From Clostridia bacterium (GTDB lineage Bacteria > Bacillota > Clostridia > JAAYHZ01), in NCBI GenBank assembly GCA_050950825.1, contig JBMNIH010000004.1, forward strand, positions 64,001-128,000: a stretch of DNA of 64,000 nt, in the 5' to 3' direction. This document shows positions 38,559-47,620 of this stretch, piece by piece. The notes beneath the pieces are model-generated. The model searched no databases. It saw nothing but the letters and a program-made list of their open reading frames with translations, and had not been told where the DNA came from. The translations under genes were made by a program, and so were the position numbers. How positions within the stretch are numbered: the first letter of the stretch is position 1; every line of letters starts with the position of its first letter.

Positions 38559-39866
38559 TTACTTCCGCCTTAGGATCTCCTTTATGGGGGTGCCGTCCGT
38601 ATCCTCCATGGTAATCCCTAATGCCTCGGCAAGGGTAGGAGCCACATCCACTATGGGTCTACGTTCTACCGTCGAACCTTTTTGGAATGCCGGCCCGAAG
38701 GCGATCAAGGTCGGTTGGGGCCCCTTGTCAGGCAGATGGCCGTGGGAAGCGCGGCCGAAGCGGTAATCCGAAAGGTCGAGGTTACGGACCAAGGGCTTTC
38801 TCCAATCGTTGCCGAAGGATGTATATCCGTCGCTTTCCAAGGCAAAGGAAAAGTCTCCGTCCAGATGCTCTTTTTCGTTGATCTCCTGTCGGGTGAAAAC
38901 CTCGCCGATGCCGTATATACCTTCATCACGTAAATGACAAAGGAGGTTGTAGGTACGGTCGTACGTTTCCTTGCAGGTAGGATCCTTCAAATATACCAAA
39001 GAGGATAGGGCGGAGGATTTGCAAAAAGCGCTCCAATCCAAGAAGTTGCCTTCCGAATCCGTCGTTATGAGCCCGTTTTCACGAAGGATTACGTTAGGAT
39101 GGATGCTTCGCTTGATTTCAAGGAGGCCGTGGTCGCTTAATATGACGAAGTTGGTGTCTTCGTATACGCCGGCATCCTTTGTCGCTTGGATAATCATACC
39201 CGTCCAACGCTCCGTCAAATCAAGGGACTCGTTGACTTTTTCGGAGAACAAGCCCGAACGATGGCGAGCATCGTCAATGGCTGCCGGGTGAATGGCCAGG
39301 ACATCCGGTTGAAACTCACGGATCATATCGCATGTACAAGCAATCACAAATTCGTCGGCTTGAGGGTGTTTTCGTTCATAACCCTTTAAAAGCGAAAGAT
39401 TTTTCTTAACAACCCTTTCGATGACTTGGTCGTTGGAGCCGGAACGGCGAAATACGTCGATCAAATCGTCGTCCTTCGACTGGGACCAATATTCGTCGAT
39501 GAGATAATCGATATCGGGGTCGTTGCCGGTTACCGGCCAGAAAACCGCCGCCGTTTTTAAGCCCGCCTTTTTTGCCGCCTTGAATAGGGTGGGTGCTTTA
39601 TTGGAGGAAGCAAACCATTGCCACGGAGAAGTAAGGACGCCGATTTCGGGAAGCTCGTTATTCAATACGCCGTGGCGGTTGGGATAGGTTCCCGTTATGA
39701 TGCTCGTGTGGACGGTATAGGTGATCGTCGGATAGACGGATCTTAATGTGTTTACCCTTGCTCCGTTTTCCAAAAGGCTTTTAAAAACGGGAAGATTCTT
39801 TAAGTAGGCCAAATCGTCATATACCAACGCATCATGAGATATGATTATCAATTTATTCCTTTTCAT
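38559..39866 (-). CDS. Alkaline-phosphatase-superfamily nucleotide pyrophosphatase/phosphodiesterase
   Basis: IISHDAL, YPTITY..H.S..TG.YP..HG..N, D...H, SDHG, HG, DVAPTLA. Confidence 0.9.
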   Translation of the reverse strand: MKRNKLIIISHDALVYDDLAYLKNLPVFKSLLENGARVNTLRSVYPTITYTVHTSIITGTYPNRHGVLNNELPEIGVLTSPWQWFASSNKAPTLFKAAKKAGLKTAAVFWPVTGNDPDIDYLIDEYWSQSKDDDLIDVFRRSGSNDQVIERVVKKNLSLLKGYERKHPQADEFVIACTCDMIREFQPDVLAIHPAAIDDARHRSGLFSEKVNESLDLTERWTGMIIQATKDAGVYEDTNFVILSDHGLLEIKRSIHPNVILRENGLITTDSEGNFLDWSAFCKSSALSSLVYLKDPTCKETYDRTYNLLCHLRDEGIYGIGEVFTRQEINEKEHLDGDFSFALESDGYTSFGNDWRKPLVRNLDLSDYRFGRASHGHLPDKGPQPTLIAFGPAFQKGSTVERRPIVDVAPTLAEALGITMEDTDGTPIKEILRRK

Positions 39867-40053
39867 AAAAAAAGACCTTTCAAATGTTTTTTCAAATTTG
39901 ATTTTATTGTATCATCTTTTCGAAAAAGCGGGAACGGCTTTTTCCATTAAAGCGTCGCTTGAATGTATTTTTTGCCTATAACCGTTCTTTCTTGCGATTA
40001 TCTGCTACAATTTATATATAAACAATACGGATATGAAACCAAAGGAGGAAAAG

Positions 40054-40548
40054 ATGTTAGGAGCCGTTTACCGAGAAATCGATAAAAAGACGGAGGAGCT
40101 CATTGTTCGCATATACGGTAATTGGGTAAGAGAATACAACTGCATCCGCTACGGAGAAGGCTGTTATTCCGTTGTCGCTTTGGTTGATGATTTTCCTGCA
40201 GGATTTATCTCCGTATATCCTCGAAAGCTTCCCGAGCCTTTCCATGAGTTCTGCGATGCCTATATCGAGGTTATTGAAGTCCATAAGGAATATCGAAGAA
40301 GAGGAATTGCGACGGAATTAATAAAGCGGGCGGAGGCATGGGCAAAAGAATACGGGTATCGCCAAATCTCGTCATGGAGCAGCGACGATAAAAAAGAAGC
40401 CTTAAAAATGTGGTACGCTCTTGACTACGGTATCATGCCTGCCGTTATGCGGGGAAAAAGCGTGATAAAAGAGTTTGAAAACAAACCGATCTTGGGCTTT
40501 TATGTCTCCAAGATGTTGAATCCGTCGGGAAAATATCTTCATCCTTGA
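40054..40548 (+). CDS. GNAT family N-acetyltransferase
   Basis: VHKEYRRRGIATELI; RBS ggagg before ATG 40054. Confidence 0.85.
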   Translation: MLGAVYREIDKKTEELIVRIYGNWVREYNCIRYGEGCYSVVALVDDFPAGFISVYPRKLPEPFHEFCDAYIEVIEVHKEYRRRGIATELIKRAEAWAKEYGYRQISSWSSDDKKEALKMWYALDYGIMPAVMRGKSVIKEFENKPILGFYVSKMLNPSGKYLHP

Positions 40549-40652
40549 GCAGGGTTATAGCCTGCTCAAGAGGGGATTTCCTTTGCCCGGGCATAGGAGG
40601 CGGTTGAAAAATTTAAATAACCGAGGTTTTAAAGCTTTAAAGAATTCTTGTA

Positions 40653-41555
40653 TTATGGCGTGTAGAATTTAACGACCGTATTGTATTCCTTTATAATACT
40701 TTCCAGAATATCAACATGCTTAAAATCTCGGTGATAAAGAATATTGATTTCACGAATCATGCTGAGATTTTCTATCGGTAATACGGTTATCTTCCCTTTT
40801 TTCAGTTCATCGAGGCATGCGCTTCGCGCAAGGATGGAAACCCCTATATCACGTCGTATGAGGTCTTTAATCGTTGCAATATTGTCAACTTCCAAAATGA
40901 CATTAAAATCATTGAGCGACATATTGTTGCTTTCCAAGTGAGCGGTAAACAAGTTTCTTGTCCCGGATGACGGCCTGCGAAGAATTAAAGGCTGTTTTTT
41001 TAATTCGTTAATGGTTACCATACTTTTTTTGGCCAAAGGGTTATTGTTAGATACGACCAACACTAAAGAATCGGTGTCAAGCAGAAGGGAATTAATACCG
41101 GGATCTTGAATTTTCCCCTCAACGACAGCTATATCGATCTCGTAATTTTGGAGCATATTATAAAGATTTTTTATGGAGTCAGTAATTATTGTTATGGTTG
41201 TACCCGGATTTTGGGCACTGTACCTTCCCAACACCTCCGCTACGGCATTGCTTTCGGCGGTGTGCGTAATCCCGACCGTGAGCTGCCTGACATGCCGTTG
41301 TTCATCCAAAAGGTTCTGCTTCATTCTCTCGTATAAGGCGATATTTCTACGGGCATACTGAAGGACAATATTGCCTTCCTTAGTCAGCTTCAGCTCTTTT
41401 CCGACACGGCTGAAAATCTTAATATTCAGCTCCTTTTCCAATTGCTTTATATGCTGAGTTACGGCCGGCTGTGTCAAGGAAAGATGTTCCGCCGCCCGTG
41501 TATAGCTATTAAATTTAACCACCTCTAGTAGAGTATAAAGTCTTATATCAATCAT
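40653..41555 (-). CDS. LysR family transcriptional regulator
   Basis: SYTRAAEHLSLTQPAVTQHIKQLE; RBS ggagg before ATG 41555. Confidence 0.95.
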   Translation of the reverse strand: MIDIRLYTLLEVVKFNSYTRAAEHLSLTQPAVTQHIKQLEKELNIKIFSRVGKELKLTKEGNIVLQYARRNIALYERMKQNLLDEQRHVRQLTVGITHTAESNAVAEVLGRYSAQNPGTTITIITDSIKNLYNMLQNYEIDIAVVEGKIQDPGINSLLLDTDSLVLVVSNNNPLAKKSMVTINELKKQPLILRRPSSGTRNLFTAHLESNNMSLNDFNVILEVDNIATIKDLIRRDIGVSILARSACLDELKKGKITVLPIENLSMIREINILYHRDFKHVDILESIIKEYNTVVKFYTP

Positions 41556-41572
41556 CTTGTCCGCCTCCAATT

Positions 41573-41587
41573 ATAACGATTAGTTAT
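41573..41587. promoter_or_regulatory. LysR box
   Basis: ATAAC-N5-GTTAT dyad containing T-N11-A in the divergent promoter region. Confidence 0.6.
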
Positions 41588-41853
41588 CCCGTATTAAAAA
41601 ATTATAAATTTACTTTATGATTTTTATGAGTATAATGATAACAAATATTAGGAAAGGGGGCAATGATTATGAAGCCAAAACATAAATTTGTATGGCCGAT
41701 TCTTGTCTTTCGTACCATGAAGCCTCTGCCTAATTCTTCGAATGGTTTTAATCCTTACTTTCGGTTGTCAATACCAAAATTGCAGCCCGTAAATATAATC
41801 CTTGTCCTTTTGGATTCCTTTTAAAATTTCGTATCGGAAAGGGGCGTTGATCG

Positions 41854-43074
41854 ATGGGTAATTTTTTAGATCATTTTAATGATACGACCATTATTCTTTT
41901 ATCTTTATCGATAATTTTACTTGCCGGATTTTTGCTTACTCGTATTACGAAGCCGGCAAAGCTGCCCAATGTAACCGGATACATTATTTCGGGTATCTTG
42001 ATAGGACCGTATGTTTTGAATTTGATTCCGCGTAAAATGGTAGATAACATGGGGTTTATCAGCGACGTCGCTTTGGCTTTCATTGCGTTTGGCGTCGGAC
42101 GCTTTTTTAAAAAAGAAAATTTCCGAGAAACCGGATTTGGCGTTATTGTGATTACCTTATTTGAATCATTATTGGCAGGATTAATAGTAACCCTATCCGT
42201 GCATTATATATTTCACTTAAGCTGGAGCTTTTGTTTGCTCTTAGGAGCCATTGCGACGGCGACGGCGCCGGCAAGCACTATGGTCACAATTCGGCAATAC
42301 CAAGCACGCGGTAATTTTGTGAATACCTTATTGCAGGTTGTAGCATTTGATGACGCCGTATGTCTTATTGCTTTCAGCCTCGCTTCCGCTATCGTCAACG
42401 CGAATGTAGGAGAAACGATTTCTCCTTCTGAAATCATTATGCCCATTGTTTATAATATTGTTGCTTTTGCAATCGGGTTTGTGAGCGGTGCAATCTTAAG
42501 CAAGCTCATGACCCCGAAACGAAGCGAGGACAATCGATTAATACTAACCATCGCGCTTCTTCTTGGAATTGCAGGCCTTTGCGCCGCGGTCGATATTTCT
42601 CCCTTGCTTCCTTGCATGATATACGGTACCACCTATATCAACATGACAAAAGACAAGGAATTATATAAGCAGGTGGAAAGGTTTACTCCGCCCATACTGT
42701 CAATATTCTTCGTCGTATCGGGAATGAATTTTGATATCAGCGCATTCGATACCCTCGGAGTAATCGGCGCGGCCTATTTCATCATACGGATAGCGGGAAA
42801 ATATCTGGGCGCTTATCTGGGATGCACCGTAGCGAAAACCGCAAAGGAAGTAAGAAATTATTTGGGATTGGCTTTAATTCCTCAAGCGGGGGTAGCCATT
42901 GGACTCGCTTTTTTGGGCAGAAGAATTTTGTCCGACACCATGGGCAATATGCTTTTGACAATTATTTTATCATCCTCCATCTTGTATGAATTAATCGGTC
43001 CCGTATGCGCAAAGATTGCCTTGATGCGCTCCGGAGCAATAAAAACGGATGAGACGGCCATTGAAAAAAGATAG
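41854..43074 (+). CDS. Cation:proton antiporter (CPA family)
   Basis: ~12 TM, LPNVTGY..GILIGP, ATAPA, FDD, PQAGVAIGL. Confidence 0.9.
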   Translation: MGNFLDHFNDTTIILLSLSIILLAGFLLTRITKPAKLPNVTGYIISGILIGPYVLNLIPRKMVDNMGFISDVALAFIAFGVGRFFKKENFRETGFGVIVITLFESLLAGLIVTLSVHYIFHLSWSFCLLLGAIATATAPASTMVTIRQYQARGNFVNTLLQVVAFDDAVCLIAFSLASAIVNANVGETISPSEIIMPIVYNIVAFAIGFVSGAILSKLMTPKRSEDNRLILTIALLLGIAGLCAAVDISPLLPCMIYGTTYINMTKDKELYKQVERFTPPILSIFFVVSGMNFDISAFDTLGVIGAAYFIIRIAGKYLGAYLGCTVAKTAKEVRNYLGLALIPQAGVAIGLAFLGRRILSDTMGNMLLTIILSSSILYELIGPVCAKIALMRSGAIKTDETAIEKR

Positions 43075-43168
43075 ATACGGTTAAACCTCCGATGCTTTTG
43101 TACGGTTGACTGCTAAGCCGGGTTATGCTTAAATGTACGGAACCGTCTGTCGAATAGGAGCGCCTTCG

Positions 43169-43197
43169 AACATTCCGACGAGAATGCTCATAACATA
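43169..43197 (+). promoter_or_regulatory. SigK-like promoter
   Basis: AACA-16-CATAACATA. Confidence 0.5.
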
Positions 43198-43232
43198 TTA
43201 ACATAATACAATTGTTTGAATATGGAGGCATT

Positions 43233-44165
43233 ATGCTATCGGGCACTGAGTTTATAAAGCAGTCTTTAAATCTGCACTTATTTTTCGGAAGGATTATGAA
43301 GGAGCATTCCTTTTTCCTTGAAGTTTCTTTCACGCCGAGAGATCCTAACTATACAAGGCAAGCGGATGCTTTTCGTATGGAATTCGACGGCCTTTTAAGC
43401 GAAGCCGTCTCTTTGGCGAACGGCACGGTGAGCAACGACGTTCTCCGCTCCGGCGAAGTAATTACCCCCTATACCTTAAATGCGGAAAAGGCAACCTCGT
43501 TTTATACGGGTATTCAAATACCGACCTCATTGACCCAAAGAGAAGCAAATCTTGCGGGGGACGGTTTGTCGGAAGGAAATCCGATGATCGAACGACGTGT
43601 ACATGCACTGAACCAAAGAGTAATTCTTGCTACAACCCAATTGATCGGATTCAAATCCGATATTTTGACCAACGTTCTAAACTGCAGGATGTTTACCTTT
43701 AACTACCCTCTTTTGATAACCCACATCATTCGTGAAGCGGAATTGTACGTAAAGCAGCTTCGCAGACTTCAAAACAGAGAAGCCGTTAATTGGGAAAAAG
43801 AAGCCTTGGATCTGGAGTTTTTCTGGAATCGGCAAATGGCGGAGCATGCGAAGTTTATCCGAGGACTGTTGGATCCTACGGAAAACGACCTGTTCGAGTT
43901 GGCCAATCGCTTTGGAATGGAGTTCGACCTTTTGACGGAAGAAGCAAAAGCGGCCATAGACGCCGCAGCTCCTTCGACTTATATTACCGACGACAGTTTA
44001 AGGGCAACGGAGGAACTGCGTAGCTTTAAAGAGCAGGGAACAAAAGGCCTTCTCTCTTGCGAAATTAGGTCTATTATTGTTCCCTTGTTAGGCGATCACG
44101 TGCTTCGTGAAGCCAATCACTACCTAAGACTCCTTCGGATGTTCAAGGGTGCCGAAGGTTCTTAA
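43233..44165 (+). CDS. DUF2935 domain protein
   Basis: Duplicated motifs FF.RIMKEH..F / FW.RQMAEHA.F and H..RE..Y. Confidence 0.85.
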   Translation: MLSGTEFIKQSLNLHLFFGRIMKEHSFFLEVSFTPRDPNYTRQADAFRMEFDGLLSEAVSLANGTVSNDVLRSGEVITPYTLNAEKATSFYTGIQIPTSLTQREANLAGDGLSEGNPMIERRVHALNQRVILATTQLIGFKSDILTNVLNCRMFTFNYPLLITHIIREAELYVKQLRRLQNREAVNWEKEALDLEFFWNRQMAEHAKFIRGLLDPTENDLFELANRFGMEFDLLTEEAKAAIDAAAPSTYITDDSLRATEELRSFKEQGTKGLLSCEIRSIIVPLLGDHVLREANHYLRLLRMFKGAEGS

Positions 44166-44183
44166 AAAATCAAAAAAAACATG

Positions 44184-44217
44184 AATCCCTTACCGATACC
44201 GGTAAAGGGATTTTTTT
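44184..44217 (+). terminator. Rho-independent terminator
   Basis: aatcccttaccg/cggtaaagggatt then a T run. Confidence 0.75.
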
Positions 44218-44531
44218 ATAGGATCAATCCAATAATTGTTGATATATAAGTTTTTTATCTTATACTTATAATTAATAGCAGATCCGTAATGGAACCTTAT
44301 AAAATTTCCTTTACAGGGTGGGGAAAATGCGTATAAAGACCGGGATACTTGCAGGTCATGGAATCTTCTTAACAGGTGAACAGGGATAAAGATATGAAAG
44401 TTTAAGAATACCGATGACATTACTCATACGGATCCATATGAAAAGCAAGTAAATATTAATAATTCGCAGATGCGGATACAAGCCGGCTAAAGAGCGAGGA
44501 AAGGAATCTTATCCTTTCAATGCCGGCGTTA

Positions 44532-44558
44532 TTTTTTGCTACTTTAAGTTGCAAAAAA
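44532..44558. promoter_or_regulatory. Palindromic operator, probably for the XRE fusion protein
   Basis: TTTTTTGCTACTTTAAGTTGCAAAAAA near-perfect dyad upstream of a TGGTATAC extended -10. Confidence 0.55.
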
Positions 44559-44632
44559 AGATACTAAAAATCGGTTAAACGAGAGTGAAGAATGGTATAC
44601 AATGGAAGAAAGAAAGGACGGGGGTGTTTACA

Positions 44633-46219
44633 GTGGATATAGGGAGCAAGCTGTATGCGTTGAGAAGCAAGGTTAAGATGTCGCAGGAAGAACTTGCGGA
44701 AAAATTAAACGTTTCAAGACAAGCCGTTCAAAAATGGGAGAGGGGCATATCGAATCCGGACTTGGAGAATATCATTAAAATAGCAAAGCTATTTAGCGTA
44801 TCGGTAGACTCTCTGCTTTTTGACAGCAGCTTTCGGGAAACGGAGGAGTTGTACGGTGAAAAGGTGTTATTGCCTCGATTTGAAGCGATAAACGCATCGG
44901 AAAGCTACGAAGAGCTGCTTTTGATTGAGTACAAGCAGTCCATGGAAGAGGGAATCGATGTCGAAAAATACAAGGACTTATTCGAAGTCGTTCACGGGAT
45001 GCCGAGAGGTATGCATAAGGTTAAAATTGCCGATGTTTTGTTTGATATTGTAAGACATGCGCCGAAGAGAGGAGATTATGCATACGACGAACCGTCATCT
45101 CTTCATGAAATTCGACAAAAAAGCAAAGGGTACGCCGTAAAAAGCTTTTCGCCGGACGAGAATGCTTTGAAAAGCAAAATTGCCGGTGCATGGTACGGCA
45201 GAATATGCGGCTGCTTGTTGGGAAAGCCCGTGGAGGGAATTCGTACGGACGAGCTTCATCCGCTGCTCAAGGATACCGGGAATTATCCCATGAAAAGATA
45301 TATTTTGCGATCGGAGCTGACGGATGAAATTTTGGATAAATACAAATTCCGCCTGCGAGACCGGGCATATCCGGACACGATTTCATGCGCGCCCGTTGAC
45401 GACGATACGAATTACACCGTTTTAGGGCAAATGATCATCGATAAGTGCGGAAGAGATTTTAAGCCTTCCGATGTTGCAAAGGCATGGCTGGAATCACAGC
45501 CGAAAAACGCGTATTTTACGGCGGAACGGATGGCTTACCTAAATTTGACCAACGGGTATGAGCCGCCTCATTCCGCATTGTACAAAAATCCGTATCGAGA
45601 ATGGATCGGGGCACAAATCCGAGCGGACTATTACGGATATATCAACCCGGGCCACCCCGCTATGGCGGCGGAGATGGCTTGGAAAGACGCATCCGTTTCT
45701 CATATCAAAAACGGAATTTACGGAGCCATGTTTGTTGCCGCGATGATCGCCGCCGCGGCAGCGGAAGAGGACATGAAGGAAATCATTCGTGCAGGCTTAT
45801 CTCAGATCCCCGTAAATTCAAGGCTGCATAAGGAGACGGAAGCTCTTCTTTGTGATTACGAAAACGGAATGACGCAAGAGGAATGCTTTTCGAAAATCCG
45901 GCGAAAATACGACGAATTCGACAAGCATGATTGGTGCCATACTCTATCCAATGCATTGATCGTAACGGCCTCCCTGCTGTACGGAAAGGACGATTACGGA
46001 AAATCCATTTGCATGGCGGTACAAGCCGGGTTCGATACCGACTGCAACGGAGCGACGGTAGGTTCCGTTTTAGGGATGAAAAACGGAATAGACAGTATCG
46101 ATGCGTATTGGATGCGTCCTTTGAACGGAGAGCTGACGACTTCCATATTCGGAGTCGGAAAAGTAAAGATCGCGGAATTGATCGAGAAAACGATGACGCA
46201 TATCAAGGTAGAATTCTAA
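44633..46219 (+). CDS. XRE-family HTH fused to an ADP-ribosylglycohydrolase domain
   Basis: MSQEELAEKLNVSRQAVQKWE.G.S.PD. ARH motifs GAWYGRICG..LGKPVE, DDDTN, SH...GIYG, GFDTDCNGATVGS. GTG 44633 follows a ggggg RBS. Confidence 0.88.
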   Translation: MDIGSKLYALRSKVKMSQEELAEKLNVSRQAVQKWERGISNPDLENIIKIAKLFSVSVDSLLFDSSFRETEELYGEKVLLPRFEAINASESYEELLLIEYKQSMEEGIDVEKYKDLFEVVHGMPRGMHKVKIADVLFDIVRHAPKRGDYAYDEPSSLHEIRQKSKGYAVKSFSPDENALKSKIAGAWYGRICGCLLGKPVEGIRTDELHPLLKDTGNYPMKRYILRSELTDEILDKYKFRLRDRAYPDTISCAPVDDDTNYTVLGQMIIDKCGRDFKPSDVAKAWLESQPKNAYFTAERMAYLNLTNGYEPPHSALYKNPYREWIGAQIRADYYGYINPGHPAMAAEMAWKDASVSHIKNGIYGAMFVAAMIAAAAAEEDMKEIIRAGLSQIPVNSRLHKETEALLCDYENGMTQEECFSKIRRKYDEFDKHDWCHTLSNALIVTASLLYGKDDYGKSICMAVQAGFDTDCNGATVGSVLGMKNGIDSIDAYWMRPLNGELTTSIFGVGKVKIAELIEKTMTHIKVEF

Positions 46220-46235
46220 ATATTATTTCATTTAA

Positions 46236-46269
46236 AAAGACGATTCGGATAAAAAGCCGGATCGTCTTT
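46236..46269. terminator. Bidirectional terminator
   Basis: aaagacgat/atcgtcttt stem between convergent genes. Confidence 0.65.
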
Positions 46270-46277
46270 CGTTATCT

Positions 46278-46706
46278 TTAGAGAAAATTTTTCAACTGCC
46301 GGACATTATTTTCCTCAAATTTAAGGAGCCTGTCCATTAGGTCTCGAATGCTCGGCTCCGCGTCCTCGTACTTTCTAAGATTTTTTATCGCGTTTATGAT
46401 TCCCATGTTGCTGCCGATGATAAGCATTTCCGCGATATGGGAGGAGGATCGGTCCGTCAGGGTTTGCAAATTAACCATAAAATACGTTCGTATTTGCTCA
46501 AAAGCGCTTAACCCTTTTTCATCGTATCCCGCCTTGTTAAGTGCATTTTTTGCAGCCGTATGAATTTCTTGATACTCTCTTAACTGCGATTCCAAATGCC
46601 TTTTAAACTCGTCGTCTTCGGCTATATCAATCAATTGGCTGATGGTATTGACGCCCATTTGGGAATTTTGATAAACGAAATTTAATAGCTCCGCATTTCC
46701 GTTCAT
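46278..46706 (-). CDS. Conserved clostridial ferritin-like helical protein, probably forespore-expressed
   Basis: LLN..YQNSQMG, SHIAEMLI.G.NMG, L.FEENN...LK.FL; SigF/G-like promoter upstream. Confidence 0.75.
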   Translation of the reverse strand: MNGNAELLNFVYQNSQMGVNTISQLIDIAEDDEFKRHLESQLREYQEIHTAAKNALNKAGYDEKGLSAFEQIRTYFMVNLQTLTDRSSSHIAEMLIIGSNMGIINAIKNLRKYEDAEPSIRDLMDRLLKFEENNVRQLKNFL

Positions 46707-46731
46707 TGACAACACTCTCCTTTGTTTTCTT

Positions 46732-46761
46732 TAGTGTTTCCCGCATAAATCGAGATTATTC
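46732..46761 (-). promoter_or_regulatory. SigF/SigG-like promoter
   Basis: On the minus strand GAATA-15-GGAAACACTA. Confidence 0.6.
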
Positions 46762-46860
46762 ATAAAGGATATACTATATTGTCATTTTCCCACGGTTGAA
46801 AAATTGATATATAATGGCTTAGAAAGAAGCAAGTAAAAAGTAAGAAAGAGGCATAAAGAA

Positions 46861-47544
46861 ATGGATAAAAGTACGTTCCGGTGGCTTCATGAGTCGATGG
46901 AACCTCTATGGGGGAGGCGTAAGGATGCGAACTATGTTGCTTCCATTATACCGAAGGGATTTTTAGCATATGCTCGAATTCTTCATCCGGCATACGAAAA
47001 AGGAAGCAATCGTGAAATATCTTGGAGTGAAATGGCTAAATATTCTTCAAAGCAAGCTCATGCCGAAATGCAGTGGCATCAAATTACCGCAGCGAAATCC
47101 GAAAGTACGGATATAATACCGCCGATAATCGGCAGCTTGCCGGAAAAACAAACGAAGATATTGGCGGATATTTTGAGAAAACATACCGAAACGCCTTCGG
47201 AAATCTATTTCGCTCTTTGGGAGGGCTTAGGCTTGGATTTTTCAAAAACACCGTGGAAAAATGCGGAGAAATTGGAGCTTTCGAACCGACACTATTACGT
47301 TATACAAAGCACCTTGGATGCCGTAACGGAGCTATGTACCTTCGAATATTTTCAAAGTCCCGGCCTATGGTGGCCGAAGGACCGTGCATGGTGTACGGCT
47401 ACGGACATTGACCTTATGTGCACCTATGTAGGAGGAAAAAAATCTTGTATCGAAATGATCCTCAAAGATAAGCGGTTGGAAGCCTTCCCCGCCAACCCGA
47501 ACCATCGGGTGGATAGGGAGGGCGATCCAATCAACGGGTCTTAA
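46861..47544 (+). CDS. Hypothetical protein (227 aa)
   Basis: ORF with motifs YARILHP, FALWEG and SPGLWWP.DR.W...TD.D...TYVGG. Confidence 0.75.
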   Translation: MDKSTFRWLHESMEPLWGRRKDANYVASIIPKGFLAYARILHPAYEKGSNREISWSEMAKYSSKQAHAEMQWHQITAAKSESTDIIPPIIGSLPEKQTKILADILRKHTETPSEIYFALWEGLGLDFSKTPWKNAEKLELSNRHYYVIQSTLDAVTELCTFEYFQSPGLWWPKDRAWCTATDIDLMCTYVGGKKSCIEMILKDKRLEAFPANPNHRVDREGDPINGS

Positions 47545-47564
47545 TACGAGACGGTTATGGCATG

Positions 47565-47596
47565 AAAAAAGCCTATCCGTAAAAAAGGATAGGCTT
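47565..47596 (-). terminator. Terminator after feoB
   Basis: aagcctatcc/ggataggctt stem with an A run on the left. Confidence 0.65.
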
Positions 47597-47620
47597 GCTT
47601 CTTAAACGAAAGGTTTTGTT

